Shown here piece by piece: positions 18,668 to 26,943 of a DNA stretch of 64,000 nt (position 1 is its first letter; every line of letters begins with the position of its first letter). The notes beneath the pieces are model-generated. The model was not told the DNA's origin. It saw only the letters and a program-made list of their open reading frames with translations, and did no database searches. A program made the translations under genes and the position numbers. This DNA comes from an uncultured virus (IMG/VR IMGVR_UViG_3300042154_002964) (lineage: Duplodnaviria; Heunggongvirae; Uroviricota; Caudoviricetes): the IMG/VR virus record IMGVR_UViG_3300042154_002964; one strand, 5' to 3'.

Positions 18668-18747
18668 ACGTTTCACGTTTTAGGCCAATTAAACTAACCG
18701 CCCGTCGTCACGGACAGTACCGGAGTCGAACCGATATGTGATAACGA
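18668..18747 (-). ncRNA. circularly permuted tRNA mimic (YrlA/Y-RNA-like topology)
   Basis: 5'->3' order: T arm ATCGGTTCGACTCCGGT, acceptor-like stem closed by a GACG loop, D arm GTTTAATTGGCCTAAAAC; termini pair (CGTTATCAC/GTGAAACG). Confidence 0.65.
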
Positions 18748-18749
18748 AG

Positions 18750-18823
18750 TACCCTTGGTGGGATTCGAACCCACAAAAAAATAGTTTCTAAAACTATCGT
18801 GTATACCTTTCCACCACAAGGGT
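18750..18823 (-). tRNA. tRNA-Leu(UAG), short variable region
   Basis: ATAGT-TTTAGAA-ACTAT. Confidence 0.8.
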
Positions 18824-18831
18824 ATCTACTT

Positions 18832-18905
18832 CTATTCCAATATGTCAATGAACTCTTGTTCTGTTTTGTCTTACAAATCTAATACTTTTATTTTGATTTG
18901 CCAAA
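18832..18905 (-). promoter_or_regulatory. promoter (TAGATTTG) plus boxA-like cassette
   Basis: TTTG...TAGATTTGTAAGACAAAA...GTTCATTGACATATTGG. Confidence 0.65.
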
Positions 18906-18915
18906 CTTAGGTCAC

Positions 18916-18947
18916 AAAAAAAACCCCTCTCTTTTGGAGAAGGGTTT
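18916..18947 (-). terminator. putative attenuator terminator 1
   Basis: AAACCCTTCTC-CAAAA-GAGAGGGGTTT followed by a U tract. Confidence 0.8.
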
Positions 18948-18970
18948 CATTTAAATTTTATCTTAATGAA

Positions 18971-19048
18971 TTAACACATCTTCTCCGATACACAAGGATT
19001 GTCTCCCTCCGTTCTCGCATTTAAAAGTATGTTATTCAAATTTTGCAT
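18971..19048 (-). CDS. putative leader peptide 1 (25 aa) of the tRNA sub-array 16020-18823
   Basis: MQNLNNILLNARTEGDNPCVSEKMC*; contains GGAGAAG complementary to the terminator 5' arm. Confidence 0.75.
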   Translation of the reverse strand: MQNLNNILLNARTEGDNPCVSEKMC

Positions 19049-19133
19049 TGTGTTGTCTTTTTTATTAAATATATTGTACTTTTTGAAAAGTTCAATAGTT
19101 AGTGAAAAATTTTTAACAAATTGGTTTAGATTT

Positions 19134-19532
19134 TTAATTTTCAAGTACTTCTTTAACAATTTTTGAAACTAAAGTATTGTCGGCTTTACCCTTATATACT
19201 TTATTGAAAGCACCCATCATTTTACCAACATTATCAATACCATCTTTTTTAAATGTTCTGATGATTGAACGGATACTAAATTCATCCATTAACTTTGGTA
19301 AATATGGTTTAATGTATTCTAATTCTTTTAAAGATTCATCAGTGTTTGTCTGTGTTAATGATTTTTCCATTTTCTTTAAAATAGAAAGAACTACCTCATC
19401 TGTCACACTAACACCTCTACCTTCTTCATTTTGGATTTCACCTTTTAGTACACCTAAAAAGTTTTTCTTTTCCATTTCTTTGTTTTTAAATGCCGTCATA
19501 AATTCGACATTAATTTGTTCTCTTAGTGACAT
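19134..19532 (-). CDS. GatB/YqeY-domain protein
   Basis: MSLREQI...AFKNK...LKGEIQNEE...YLPK...GKMMG...KGKAD...VSKIVK. Confidence 0.85.
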   Translation of the reverse strand: MSLREQINVEFMTAFKNKEMEKKNFLGVLKGEIQNEEGRGVSVTDEVVLSILKKMEKSLTQTNTDESLKELEYIKPYLPKLMDEFSIRSIIRTFKKDGIDNVGKMMGAFNKVYKGKADNTLVSKIVKEVLEN

Positions 19533-19549
19533 AGTTATTTGTTTTTAAG

Positions 19550-19630
19550 TGGGTGCGGAGGGATTCGAACCCCCACGCGATTAAGACCTGAGCTACAATC
19601 AGGCGAGCCAGCCAATTGCTCAACACACCC
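19550..19630 (-). tRNA. tRNA-Tyr(GUA), atypical
   Basis: CCTGA-TTGTAGC-TCAGG; long variable region. Confidence 0.75.
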
Positions 19631-19705
19631 ATAAAGAAAATATCGTAGATTGTCCTTCACAATTTAACGGCGGGTTTGAACTTAATCAACTCTCCTACGA
19701 TATCT

Positions 19706-19791
<86 letters not shown>

Positions 19792-19817
19792 ATTATATGA
19801 CAATTAATGTCATTTCG

Positions 19818-19889
19818 CGCACCACCAAGGACTCGAACCCTGACCAAATGGGTTGGAACCATTTATGCTAGCCATTACACCAATGATGC
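19818..19889 (-). tRNA. tRNA-Trp(CCA)
   Basis: AATGG-TTCCAAC-CCATT; G73. Confidence 0.85.
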
Positions 19890-19916
19890 GAATAATGAAA
19901 TTTTTATATTTCATTG

Positions 19917-19990
19917 AGGACAGAGAGAGGTTCGAACTCCCGAATAATGGGTTTGCAGCCCACCCCTTTAGACCACTCAGGCATCTGTCC
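19917..19990 (-). tRNA. tRNA-Cys(GCA)
   Basis: GTGGG-CTGCAAA-CCCAT; U73. Confidence 0.92.
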
Positions 19991-20186
19991 AATTTAATAT
20001 TAAGTCGCGAGTAATCCATCTGTCGCTTATTACTAGAATCTTGTGGCTTACTTACTATAGTTCATACCGTTACCACTAGGAAACCCAACTTAATATCTTC
20101 GTACTAATTATTTTAGAGATTGGTTCCCGAAGGATTAAACCATCACTTGTACTTCGTGTCAGGAGGTAAACCCCATATCTCTAATG

Positions 20187-20258
20187 TAGCCCCTGTAGGA
20201 CTCGAACCTACACTATCTTGTATGTAAAACAAGTACTTCACCTTTAAGCTAAAGGGCT
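20187..20258 (-). tRNA. tRNA-Val(UAC)
   Basis: CTTGT-TTTACAT-ACAAG. Confidence 0.9.
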
Positions 20259-20266
20259 AATTATTG

Positions 20267-20341
20267 TGACCCCGGTGAGAATCGAACTCACGACCCGTAC
20301 ATTAAAAGTGTACTGCTCTAAACCAACTGAGCTACGAAGTC
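20267..20341 (-). tRNA. tRNA-Lys(UUU)
   Basis: GTACA-CTTTTAA-TGTAC. Confidence 0.92.
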
Positions 20342-20464
20342 AAATTTGGAAGGTCACCACAAACACCTTCCACGGTGAGTATTTTAATGTCGTTTTGTCT
20401 AATTACACCTAAGTGTCATAGTCGCAGGTCTCACTTCACGACAAACCCGATTGGTATTAAGTAG

Positions 20465-20538
20465 TCGGTACGGTAGGATTTGAACCTACGACCTTTCACG
20501 TATCAGGCGAATGCTCTTACCAGCTGAGCTACGTACCG
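20465..20538 (-). tRNA. tRNA-Ile(GAU)
   Basis: TTCGC-CTGATAC-GTGAA. Confidence 0.9.
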
Positions 20539-20545
20539 TTATTTT

Positions 20546-20620
20546 TGGTCGGGGTAGCAGGTGTCGAACCTGCCGCCTCTTGGTCCCAAACCAAGCGTCT
20601 CACCCCAAGACTATACCCCG
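20546..20620 (-). tRNA. tRNA-Pro(UGG) with encoded CCA
   Basis: CTTGG-TTTGGGA-CCAAG; CGGGGTA acceptor. Confidence 0.9.
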
Positions 20621-20686
20621 TTTGTTTGTTTAACAAAGATAAGTAATCATTTTCATTCTCACAATACCTTAGTTAATTTTTTTTTG

Positions 20687-20758
20687 TATCGTTATCAGGA
20701 CTCGAACCTGAACCCACACCTTATGAGAGTGTTGTGACTACCTTTACACTATAACGAC
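20687..20758 (-). tRNA. tRNA-Met(CAU) elongator (or Ile2)
   Basis: ACACT-CTCATAA-GGTGT. Confidence 0.8.
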
Positions 20759-20763
20759 GTTTG

Positions 20764-20851
20764 CGGAAGATGTAGGGTTCGAACCTACGCGTCATATTTC
20801 AGACCTACTTGTTTAGCAAACAAGCCTCTTTACCAATTTGAGTAATCTTCC
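20764..20851 (-). tRNA. tRNA-Ser(GCU)
   Basis: CTTGT-TTGCTAA-ACAAG; long variable arm; G73. Confidence 0.9.
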
Positions 20852-20891
20852 AAAATACACCGACCTAGCTCGGTATCACACATCGGATACG

Positions 20892-20963
20892 TAGTCCCCC
20901 AAGGACTCGAACCTTGACATTATCGTCCGTAGCGATAGGTGCTATCCGTTACACCAAGGAACC
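20892..20963 (-). tRNA. tRNA-Arg(ACG)
   Basis: TATCG-CTACGGA-CGATA. Confidence 0.9.
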
Positions 20964-20966
20964 AAA

Positions 20967-21077
20967 TAATAAGGTTGGAGACTTATAATCGACCATTATA
21001 AGGTTGGAGCCTTATAATCACCCATTATTAGGTCTGAACCTAATATTCACCCATTATTAGGTTATAACCTTATATTG
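20967..21077. repeat. four degenerate 29-nt tandem hairpin repeats
   Basis: Units start at 20967, 20996, 21025 and 21054; consensus TTATwAGG-6 nt-CCTwATAwTCACCCA. Confidence 0.8.
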
Positions 21078-21254
21078 AGTTTTTCTGTAGTGTTTCCAAG
21101 TTTTATACATTCTAACTTGATAACTCATTTTGTTTCCGTAGAAACTTATTCCTTCATCCCAATAAATTGGGTAAAAGTCATTAATCAATCTATTTCGGTA
21201 TTCTCTACCATTTTGTGCTTTGTTCAGTTTTGCTCTGTTGATGTTTGTACTCAT
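21057..21254 (-). CDS. small basic hypothetical protein
   Basis: MSTNINRAKLNKA...KTWKHYRKTQYK. Confidence 0.65.
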   Translation of the reverse strand: MSTNINRAKLNKAQNGREYRNRLINDFYPIYWDEGISFYGNKMSYQVRMYKTWKHYRKTQYKVIT

Positions 21255-21510
21255 AGTTGTGGTTTTTAACCTACAACTTGTCAAATTTTTTCTTCATTTT
21301 GTTTAATGTAATCTAATGCAATGTGTATCAAACCGTTGAGATATTGCCATTTCGGACTTGCGTTCGGATAATGACCGAATATCTCAACTAATTTTTCTTC
21401 TTGCCATTTCCTTTCACTAATGATTGGAGATAACCATCGACCATTTTCTAAGTCGGCATTTACAAATGTTTTTTCTGTCTCTGCGATTTCTAAGTTTTAA
21501 AAATTAATTG

Positions 21511-21585
21511 GGAGTATAGTGAGATTCGAACTCACCCTATTAGCACCACAAACTAACGTGCTCGACCACTGACACTATATACTCC
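21511..21585 (-). tRNA. tRNA-His(GUG)
   Basis: TTAGT-TTGTGGT-GCTAA; G-1:C73 pair. Confidence 0.9.
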
Positions 21586-21663
21586 ATAAAAACCCCACTT
21601 CATCGGATTAATGGACCGACTGCCATATCGGGAGTGGGGGTTTTCCCATCAGTAGGGACTCCG

Positions 21664-21736
21664 TGGGACAGGAGGGAATCGAACCCCCATTGCTTGTTCT
21701 TCAGACAAGTGCCTTGACCAACTTGGCAACTGACCC
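21664..21736 (-). tRNA. tRNA-Phe(GAA)
   Basis: CTTGT-CTGAAGA-ACAAG. Confidence 0.88.
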
Positions 21737-21842
21737 AAATATTTTCATCAAATCACCGATTACCACAATTACGGTGAGACCTTCGGGAACTGCCGTCCCG
21801 TGTTTTCTTTTTACCCGTGGATTAAACTATTTGATGGGGTAG

Positions 21843-21917
21843 TTGTCCCGGCAGGAATCGAACCTGCGATATCCACATTCAAAGTGTGGTGGCTCTGCCA
21901 ACGTCGCCTACAGGACA
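21843..21917 (-). tRNA. tRNA-Gln(UUG)
   Basis: CCACA-CTTTGAA-TGTGG; U1:A72. Confidence 0.85.
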
Positions 21918-21924
21918 ATAATGG

Positions 21925-22050
21925 TTACTTACGTAACCTTTTGATTAATTTTCTCAACAACCTAAATTTTATTTTAACCTCTTTAGGTTGTTGTCTTAAC
22001 ATTACTCTACTTGACTCAAATGTTCCCGTCAATACTTCTCTTTTTTTCAT
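21925..22050 (-). CDS. small basic hypothetical protein (41 aa)
   Basis: Manual translation MKKREVLTGTFESSRVMLRQQPKEVKIKFRLLRKLIKRLRK*. Confidence 0.5.
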   Translation of the reverse strand: MKKREVLTGTFESSRVMLRQQPKEVKIKFRLLRKLIKRLRK

Positions 22051-22065
22051 TTTACTTTTATTTTG

Positions 22066-22148
22066 CGGAAGACGAGGGAATCGAACCCCCAAAGCTTTTA
22101 CACCCAGCCGCTTTCAAGGCGGTGTCCTCGTCCATTCGGGCGCCTTCC
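22066..22148 (-). tRNA. tRNA-Ser(UGA)
   Basis: ACCGC-CTTGAAA-GCGGC; long variable arm; G73. Confidence 0.85.
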
Positions 22149-22163
22149 GTATTATTATCTAAA

Positions 22164-22225
22164 CCAATATGTCAATGAACTTTTCTGTTGTCAAAGATAC
22201 AAATTTCATTTTGTAACTTCCAAAT
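22164..22225 (-). promoter_or_regulatory. promoter (TATCTTTG) plus boxA-like cassette
   Basis: TTTG...TATCTTTGACAACAG...GTTCATTGACATATTGG. Confidence 0.65.
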
Positions 22226-22233
22226 TTTATTTC

Positions 22234-22267
22234 AAAAAAAAACCCCCGAACTTTTGGTTCAGGGGTC
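22234..22267 (-). terminator. putative attenuator terminator 2
   Basis: GACCCCTGAAC-CAAAA-GTTCGGGGGTT followed by a U tract. Confidence 0.8.
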
Positions 22268-22292
22268 TTACTAAATTAATATACGTTTATAT

Positions 22293-22412
22293 TTAACTTA
22301 ATATGTTTTCTGAACCATATGACGTGCTAAACCACATCGGATACGATACGCTACACACGCGAATCTGTTTCGATGGACTTACTTGTTTAATATGTTGTTC
22401 AGTTGTTCTCAT
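22293..22412 (-). CDS. putative leader peptide 2 (39 aa) of the tRNA sub-array 19550-22148
   Basis: Manual translation MRTTEQHIKQVSPSKQIRVCSVSYPMWFSTSYGSENILS*; contains GGTTCAG complementary to the terminator 5' arm. Confidence 0.75.
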   Translation of the reverse strand: MRTTEQHIKQVSPSKQIRVCSVSYPMWFSTSYGSENILS

Positions 22413-22477
22413 TTTTATTATTCTTTTAATATATATCAACAAATTTAGTAAAAGTTCTTTGGTTGTCAAGTTTTTTT

Positions 22478-23050
22478 TTAATTTTTTCTACATTTTTCAC
22501 AAAATGTGATTGTGTTCACATCATTACTTCTGTTTTCAGACATAACACAATTTGAGTTATCACAATGACTCAAACCTAAATTGTGTCCTATCTCGTGAAT
22601 TATGACACGTTTTAATTCATTTGGTCGGTTCTTACCAACAATTATGATATTACCATAAAGTTCACCTAATCCACCAATCGTATTTTTATCTTCTACTGAA
22701 TAACACCCATCATCAGTTAATAAAATTTTATTTTGGTTATTGTCAAAATCCTCTAAAGATTTCTCACAATCAATTAACCCATTGATGTAATAATCAGAAC
22801 TCAATTGAATTGGGTCAATTATTTTAGTTGGAACACCATAAGTCTCTTCAACAATTTGTTTAGCGTGACGTAAAGTACTATTTGAATAATTACCAAGACC
22901 TTGAATATAGATTGTATCACCATCTGTCATTTTTTTCAAATCAATTGAATTTGTGATAAATGTTGGTAATGGGATTTTACCTGATTTAACTTTAGAAGTT
23001 AAAGTAACCATAACCAAAACTATAACACCAAATTTTATTATCTCTTTCAT
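22478..23050 (-). CDS. archaemetzincin (M54)-like zinc metalloprotease, membrane-anchored or secreted
   Basis: HEIGHNLGLSHC...CVM...FCEKC; N-terminal hydrophobic segment. Confidence 0.8.
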   Translation of the reverse strand: MKEIIKFGVIVLVMVTLTSKVKSGKIPLPTFITNSIDLKKMTDGDTIYIQGLGNYSNSTLRHAKQIVEETYGVPTKIIDPIQLSSDYYINGLIDCEKSLEDFDNNQNKILLTDDGCYSVEDKNTIGGLGELYGNIIIVGKNRPNELKRVIIHEIGHNLGLSHCDNSNCVMSENRSNDVNTITFCEKCRKN

Positions 23051-23104
23051 ATCCGTTTCTTTTTATCAAAGATATAAAAAATACTTAATAATCAAGCAAG
23101 GTTA

Positions 23105-23287
23105 TCAATTATTTTTCCATTCTTTCCAATACTCAAAATCTTTCAAGTCTTCTAAAAATTGTTTCTCAACTAACACATAGTTACTTGATTGTTCCATTTC
23201 TGATAACATTTTGAAAAATTCTTGACCATCAATTGATTCTGCGAATTGTCGATGTTCTTCTTCTAATATTTCGTGAAAACTCCCCAT
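23105..23287 (-). CDS. hypothetical protein
   Basis: 60 aa; C-terminal LKDFEYWKEWKN. Confidence 0.6.
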   Translation of the reverse strand: MGSFHEILEEEHRQFAESIDGQEFFKMLSEMEQSSNYVLVEKQFLEDLKDFEYWKEWKNN

Positions 23288-23288
23288 A

Positions 23289-23471
23289 TTAGATTTTTTT
23301 AACTTCGTATTCGTGACCTGAATCTGAATTGGTTTCGAAGATTGTCTTCATTTCAGTTGCTTTATCTAAGTCTTCGAACTCCCAAACTTCGTGGTCACTA
23401 TTTAATAAGATTACTGGTATTGAAACACCATTTCTTTTCTTCACTTTTTTGATAATAACATACATTCCCAT
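23289..23471 (-). CDS. hypothetical protein
   Basis: PVILLN...EVWEF...FETNSDSGHEYEVKKI. Confidence 0.65.
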   Translation of the reverse strand: MGMYVIIKKVKKRNGVSIPVILLNSDHEVWEFEDLDKATEMKTIFETNSDSGHEYEVKKI

Positions 23472-23579
23472 AACATTTAATTTTTTTGTAAAGATATAAA
23501 CTATTTCGAGTAAATCAAACATTTTAAAATTTTGACTATTAATCTTTTTAGATATATACTTAATAACAAAATAAATAAA

Positions 23580-24071
23580 ATGGATAAGGTATTAGTATTA
23601 AACTCTGATTATACCCCAATTAACGTAACAAGTACAATACGTGGGTATAATTTAGTTATTAAAGGTAAAGCTGAGATATTGAAGACGGGGGAAAAACCTA
23701 TAGTAACCGGAAACATACCTGTGCTTAGACCTTTGATTATCAGACTATTGAGTTACGTTAAATTTAGAGTTCGTAATCTTAAAATTAACAGACATAGAAT
23801 TTTTAAAAGGGATAATTACGAATGTGCTTATTGTGGTAGTGGGAAACATCTTACTATTGACCATATTATTCCCAAATCAAGAGGTGGGGGTAATACTTGG
23901 ACTAACTTGGTTACTTGTTGTCGAAATTGTAATAGAACTAAAGATGACAAAACACCTGATGAAGCGGGAATGAAATTAAAATACAAACCATTTGAACCTT
24001 CAATCTTTTCTAATGTAATTAATCCAACAATTGAAGATATTTGGATTGATTTTCAAAAGACATTTAGTTAA
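23580..24071 (+). CDS. HNH endonuclease (McrA-like)
   Basis: VLVLNSDY, RDNYECAYCG, TIDHIIPKSRGG, NLVTCCRNCN. Confidence 0.92.
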   Translation: MDKVLVLNSDYTPINVTSTIRGYNLVIKGKAEILKTGEKPIVTGNIPVLRPLIIRLLSYVKFRVRNLKINRHRIFKRDNYECAYCGSGKHLTIDHIIPKSRGGGNTWTNLVTCCRNCNRTKDDKTPDEAGMKLKYKPFEPSIFSNVINPTIEDIWIDFQKTFS

Positions 24072-24172
24072 AAAACAAAGAGGTGTCTCTCGACACCTCG
24101 TTGCTAGATTTGGAACACCCCCTTTCTTTTAAAATGGTTTATTCCTTTCGGGTAACTATCCCGAAGGTAAGT
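24072..24172 (-). ncRNA. candidate small RNA or 3'-UTR element complementary to the host 16S rRNA 3' end
   Basis: AGAAAGGGGGTGTTCCA (24111-24127) between a CCTTCGGG/CCCGAAAGG hairpin and a GAGGTGTC-GAGA-GACACCTC terminator. Confidence 0.5.
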
Positions 24173-25816
24173 TTAAGATAATGCTTTAGTTTTTAATGTA
24201 TTAAAGACACCATCCATATTTCCACTAATTTTACTTAACGCTGGACATATTGCCGCTGCTAATCCTCGTTCTATTGATTGTGCAAAGTCTGAACTATCTA
24301 AACCTTGAACAATAGAATTTCTTAATATATCAAAGAAACCACCCGTCAATCCTGCATTATCTTTAACTTTATCTAACGCCTCTTCAGCGATTGATTTTGC
24401 TAATAATGGTGTTAAGTAATCACACGTTAATATTTTACCTGAAGTATAATCACCAAGTGGTATATTTCCAATTGCTTTCACAATTGTACCGGCAACCCAA
24501 CTATCTGTATTAATTCCCAATTTATTTAATAAGGTCTCAGCGATTTTTTCTTTAAAGTAACCTAAAATTCCTTCAGTTCCTAAACCAAACATACCTTTTA
24601 ATGAATCCCATAATCCTTCAGATATTAATTTTGGTGATAAACCTAAATTAACTAAATCAAATGATTCGTTAAATAATTCAGATACTGACTCTTTTTTCAC
24701 TTTTGAAGACTCGGTAATCATTTTAAAACGTGCATTAATTATTTTACTTTCTGTGACTAATGTTTTTTTTTTACTCTCAGATAACATTGATAATTTACCT
24801 TTGATGATTGATTTAAGAACATCGTCTTTAGACTCATTCATTCGTTGTTCGAATTTGTATCTTAAACCCCAACCACCATTGTTACGTTTCAAAAAGTTAA
24901 TTTCATCTTCAATACCCATAATACCCCCTAAAAAGTTCATACCTTGGGTAGCACATTTATAAGCATAATCCCTAACAGTTTCAACTTCAGTAGCTCCTGC
25001 GGTTACAGGTACATTTTTCGATGCGTTTTTATATAATATTTTGATAGCTTTTCTACATTCATTTCTTGATATTTTTTGACCCTCTAAAGTTGCTGCTAAT
25101 TCTTTTGCACTTGTTGCGGTCGCCCCTTTAACTGCTTGAGAACTTTTTTTCCAAACGACTAAATTTTTTGATGATTTTCCATTTTTTTGTAACACCTTAT
25201 TAAATTCGTCAACAATATTTTCACCACCATTCTTAGTTAATATTGTTAACGCGTTACCTGTTAATGTGTATTCAGGTGTTCCATAAGGGGCTTCTGTAAA
25301 TGTATATCCTATTTTATCAAAAAAGTTTTTAACATTTGGCATTTGGTCAATCCAATTATTTGTAATACCAACTGATTGGTAAATAAAATGTACCCCTTTT
25401 TCTGGAAACGTTTGAGAATTGATGGAGTTTAAGTCGACCGCTTTATAAGTTCCTTTGTCTATTTCACCACGACCACCAGGAATATCTGATAATCTTTTAT
25501 AACCTGTATTTTGTGCAAGTAACGCCTCTACAACCTTTTTTTGGTCAGGACCTAATGGTAAATCAATTTTACCTTTAACCGCTTCACAAGCACTATATGT
25601 ACCTTCATTATTTAGTTTACCATTAGTACCATAAGCTTTATAAGTAAAATCATCATATAAAAACACAATACCTTTACCCGGTACACTTTGTCTTAACGCA
25701 GGTTTTTTAGTGTTTTCATCAGTAACCAATTGATAACCCTTCCAACCACAATCACGTAATAATAACGTTAATGTTTCATTTTGGGTAGTTTCTTGTTCTT
25801 TTATAACTCGTTTCAT
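24173..25816 (-). CDS. hypothetical protein, possibly virion-associated
   Basis: 547 aa; repeated (I/L/M)xE(S) motifs; helical C-terminal domain. Confidence 0.8.
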   Translation of the reverse strand: MKRVIKEQETTQNETLTLLLRDCGWKGYQLVTDENTKKPALRQSVPGKGIVFLYDDFTYKAYGTNGKLNNEGTYSACEAVKGKIDLPLGPDQKKVVEALLAQNTGYKRLSDIPGGRGEIDKGTYKAVDLNSINSQTFPEKGVHFIYQSVGITNNWIDQMPNVKNFFDKIGYTFTEAPYGTPEYTLTGNALTILTKNGGENIVDEFNKVLQKNGKSSKNLVVWKKSSQAVKGATATSAKELAATLEGQKISRNECRKAIKILYKNASKNVPVTAGATEVETVRDYAYKCATQGMNFLGGIMGIEDEINFLKRNNGGWGLRYKFEQRMNESKDDVLKSIIKGKLSMLSESKKKTLVTESKIINARFKMITESSKVKKESVSELFNESFDLVNLGLSPKLISEGLWDSLKGMFGLGTEGILGYFKEKIAETLLNKLGINTDSWVAGTIVKAIGNIPLGDYTSGKILTCDYLTPLLAKSIAEEALDKVKDNAGLTGGFFDILRNSIVQGLDSSDFAQSIERGLAAAICPALSKISGNMDGVFNTLKTKALS

Positions 25817-25837
25817 TTTAATATTTAATATTTAGAT

Positions 25838-26908
25838 TTATTTAAATAATGACGATGCGTTTTCGGCATCAACATCGACTAATGTATAATTATCCGCAGG
25901 ATTTAGTGTTGTTGTTGTAGTTGTAGATGAACCACCACAATTTGCTTTAATTTTATCGTAAACTTCTTTAGTGATTTCAGCACCATAACCTTTATCTTTT
26001 AAAGTCTTTTCAGTGTTAGGTCCAAACTTACCATCCGCAGTTAAACCTAAACATTGTTGAACTTCAGCAATCACTGAATTTTGACATCCTTTTTTATATG
26101 GGAAATCAGTACAATTAGTGTAGGTAGTTCCACCAGTACCACCACCTGTGTCACCACCACCTGAGCCACCATCAGTATTATCAGGTTTTGGGTTAGGTAT
26201 TTTTTCATCATCATTTCCTGACATCATCCACCAAGTAACTGCCGCGGCACCTAAAATCAGTGCCATTCTTTTTCTACCTTTAGATGTTAATTTACCGGCT
26301 CCGTCAACCCAACCCCATTTTTGGAATTTACCTTTCCACCAAGTTTTACTTTTGGTTGCGTTTCGTTTAACAAAATCAAGGACTTTTTGACCTGATTTAT
26401 CAAGATTTTTACCTGCCGCGGTTACTGTGTTATCGGCAGAACCTTGAGCGACTTTGGATAGTCTTTGACTATATGTTTGAGTAACCTCTTGACCTGTTTT
26501 TTTGTAAATGTCATCTAATTGACCATTTAACTTCATATTTTTTAACTCAGTGGTTATTGCCAATTTTTCTTGAGGTGCTAATTTTTGACCTAGTTTGGTC
26601 TCAACTGCTGATTGTATTTTAGCGTAATTTTTAGTAACAAATCCATCACCTAAGACTTTTTTAACATTACCTTTTAATAAATCCTCAGCGGTTTCTTTAC
26701 TAGCATTTTTAATTACGTCATCAATTGTGTCTCTAATTGCGTCTTTAATACCTGTTTTAATTGAGGCTCTTAATGCGTCATCAGTCATACCGGCAATTGC
26801 ACCTTCACGGATTAAAAACTTATTAGTCTTATTGGACATCAATTCTTGAATACGGATTGACTCCTCTAAAAACATTATTTGTTTATCTAAAAATTCTAAA
26901 TCTTTCAT
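25838..26908 (-). CDS. membrane protein with C-terminal peptidoglycan-binding domain
   Basis: TM segment LILGAAAVTWW, Gly linker, KKGC...VQQCLGLTADGKFGPNTE. Confidence 0.75.
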   Translation of the reverse strand: MKDLEFLDKQIMFLEESIRIQELMSNKTNKFLIREGAIAGMTDDALRASIKTGIKDAIRDTIDDVIKNASKETAEDLLKGNVKKVLGDGFVTKNYAKIQSAVETKLGQKLAPQEKLAITTELKNMKLNGQLDDIYKKTGQEVTQTYSQRLSKVAQGSADNTVTAAGKNLDKSGQKVLDFVKRNATKSKTWWKGKFQKWGWVDGAGKLTSKGRKRMALILGAAAVTWWMMSGNDDEKIPNPKPDNTDGGSGGGDTGGGTGGTTYTNCTDFPYKKGCQNSVIAEVQQCLGLTADGKFGPNTEKTLKDKGYGAEITKEVYDKIKANCGGSSTTTTTTLNPADNYTLVDVDAENASSLFK

Positions 26909-26943
26909 ACTTTTTTTTTTTATAAATACATTTTAATAAATGA

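Noticed and set aside
18971..19159. 62-aa ORF as given in the track
   Set aside because: The upstream part overlaps YqeY and a promoter-like region; ATG at 19048 after an A-rich leader is the more plausible start
20967..21077. CRISPR array
   Set aside because: Units are contiguous with no unique 25-45-nt spacers, and no cas genes are in the window
22066..22148. Selenocysteine or opal suppressor tRNA
   Set aside because: The anticodon itself is UGA (reads Ser UCA); Sec or opal suppression would need UCA
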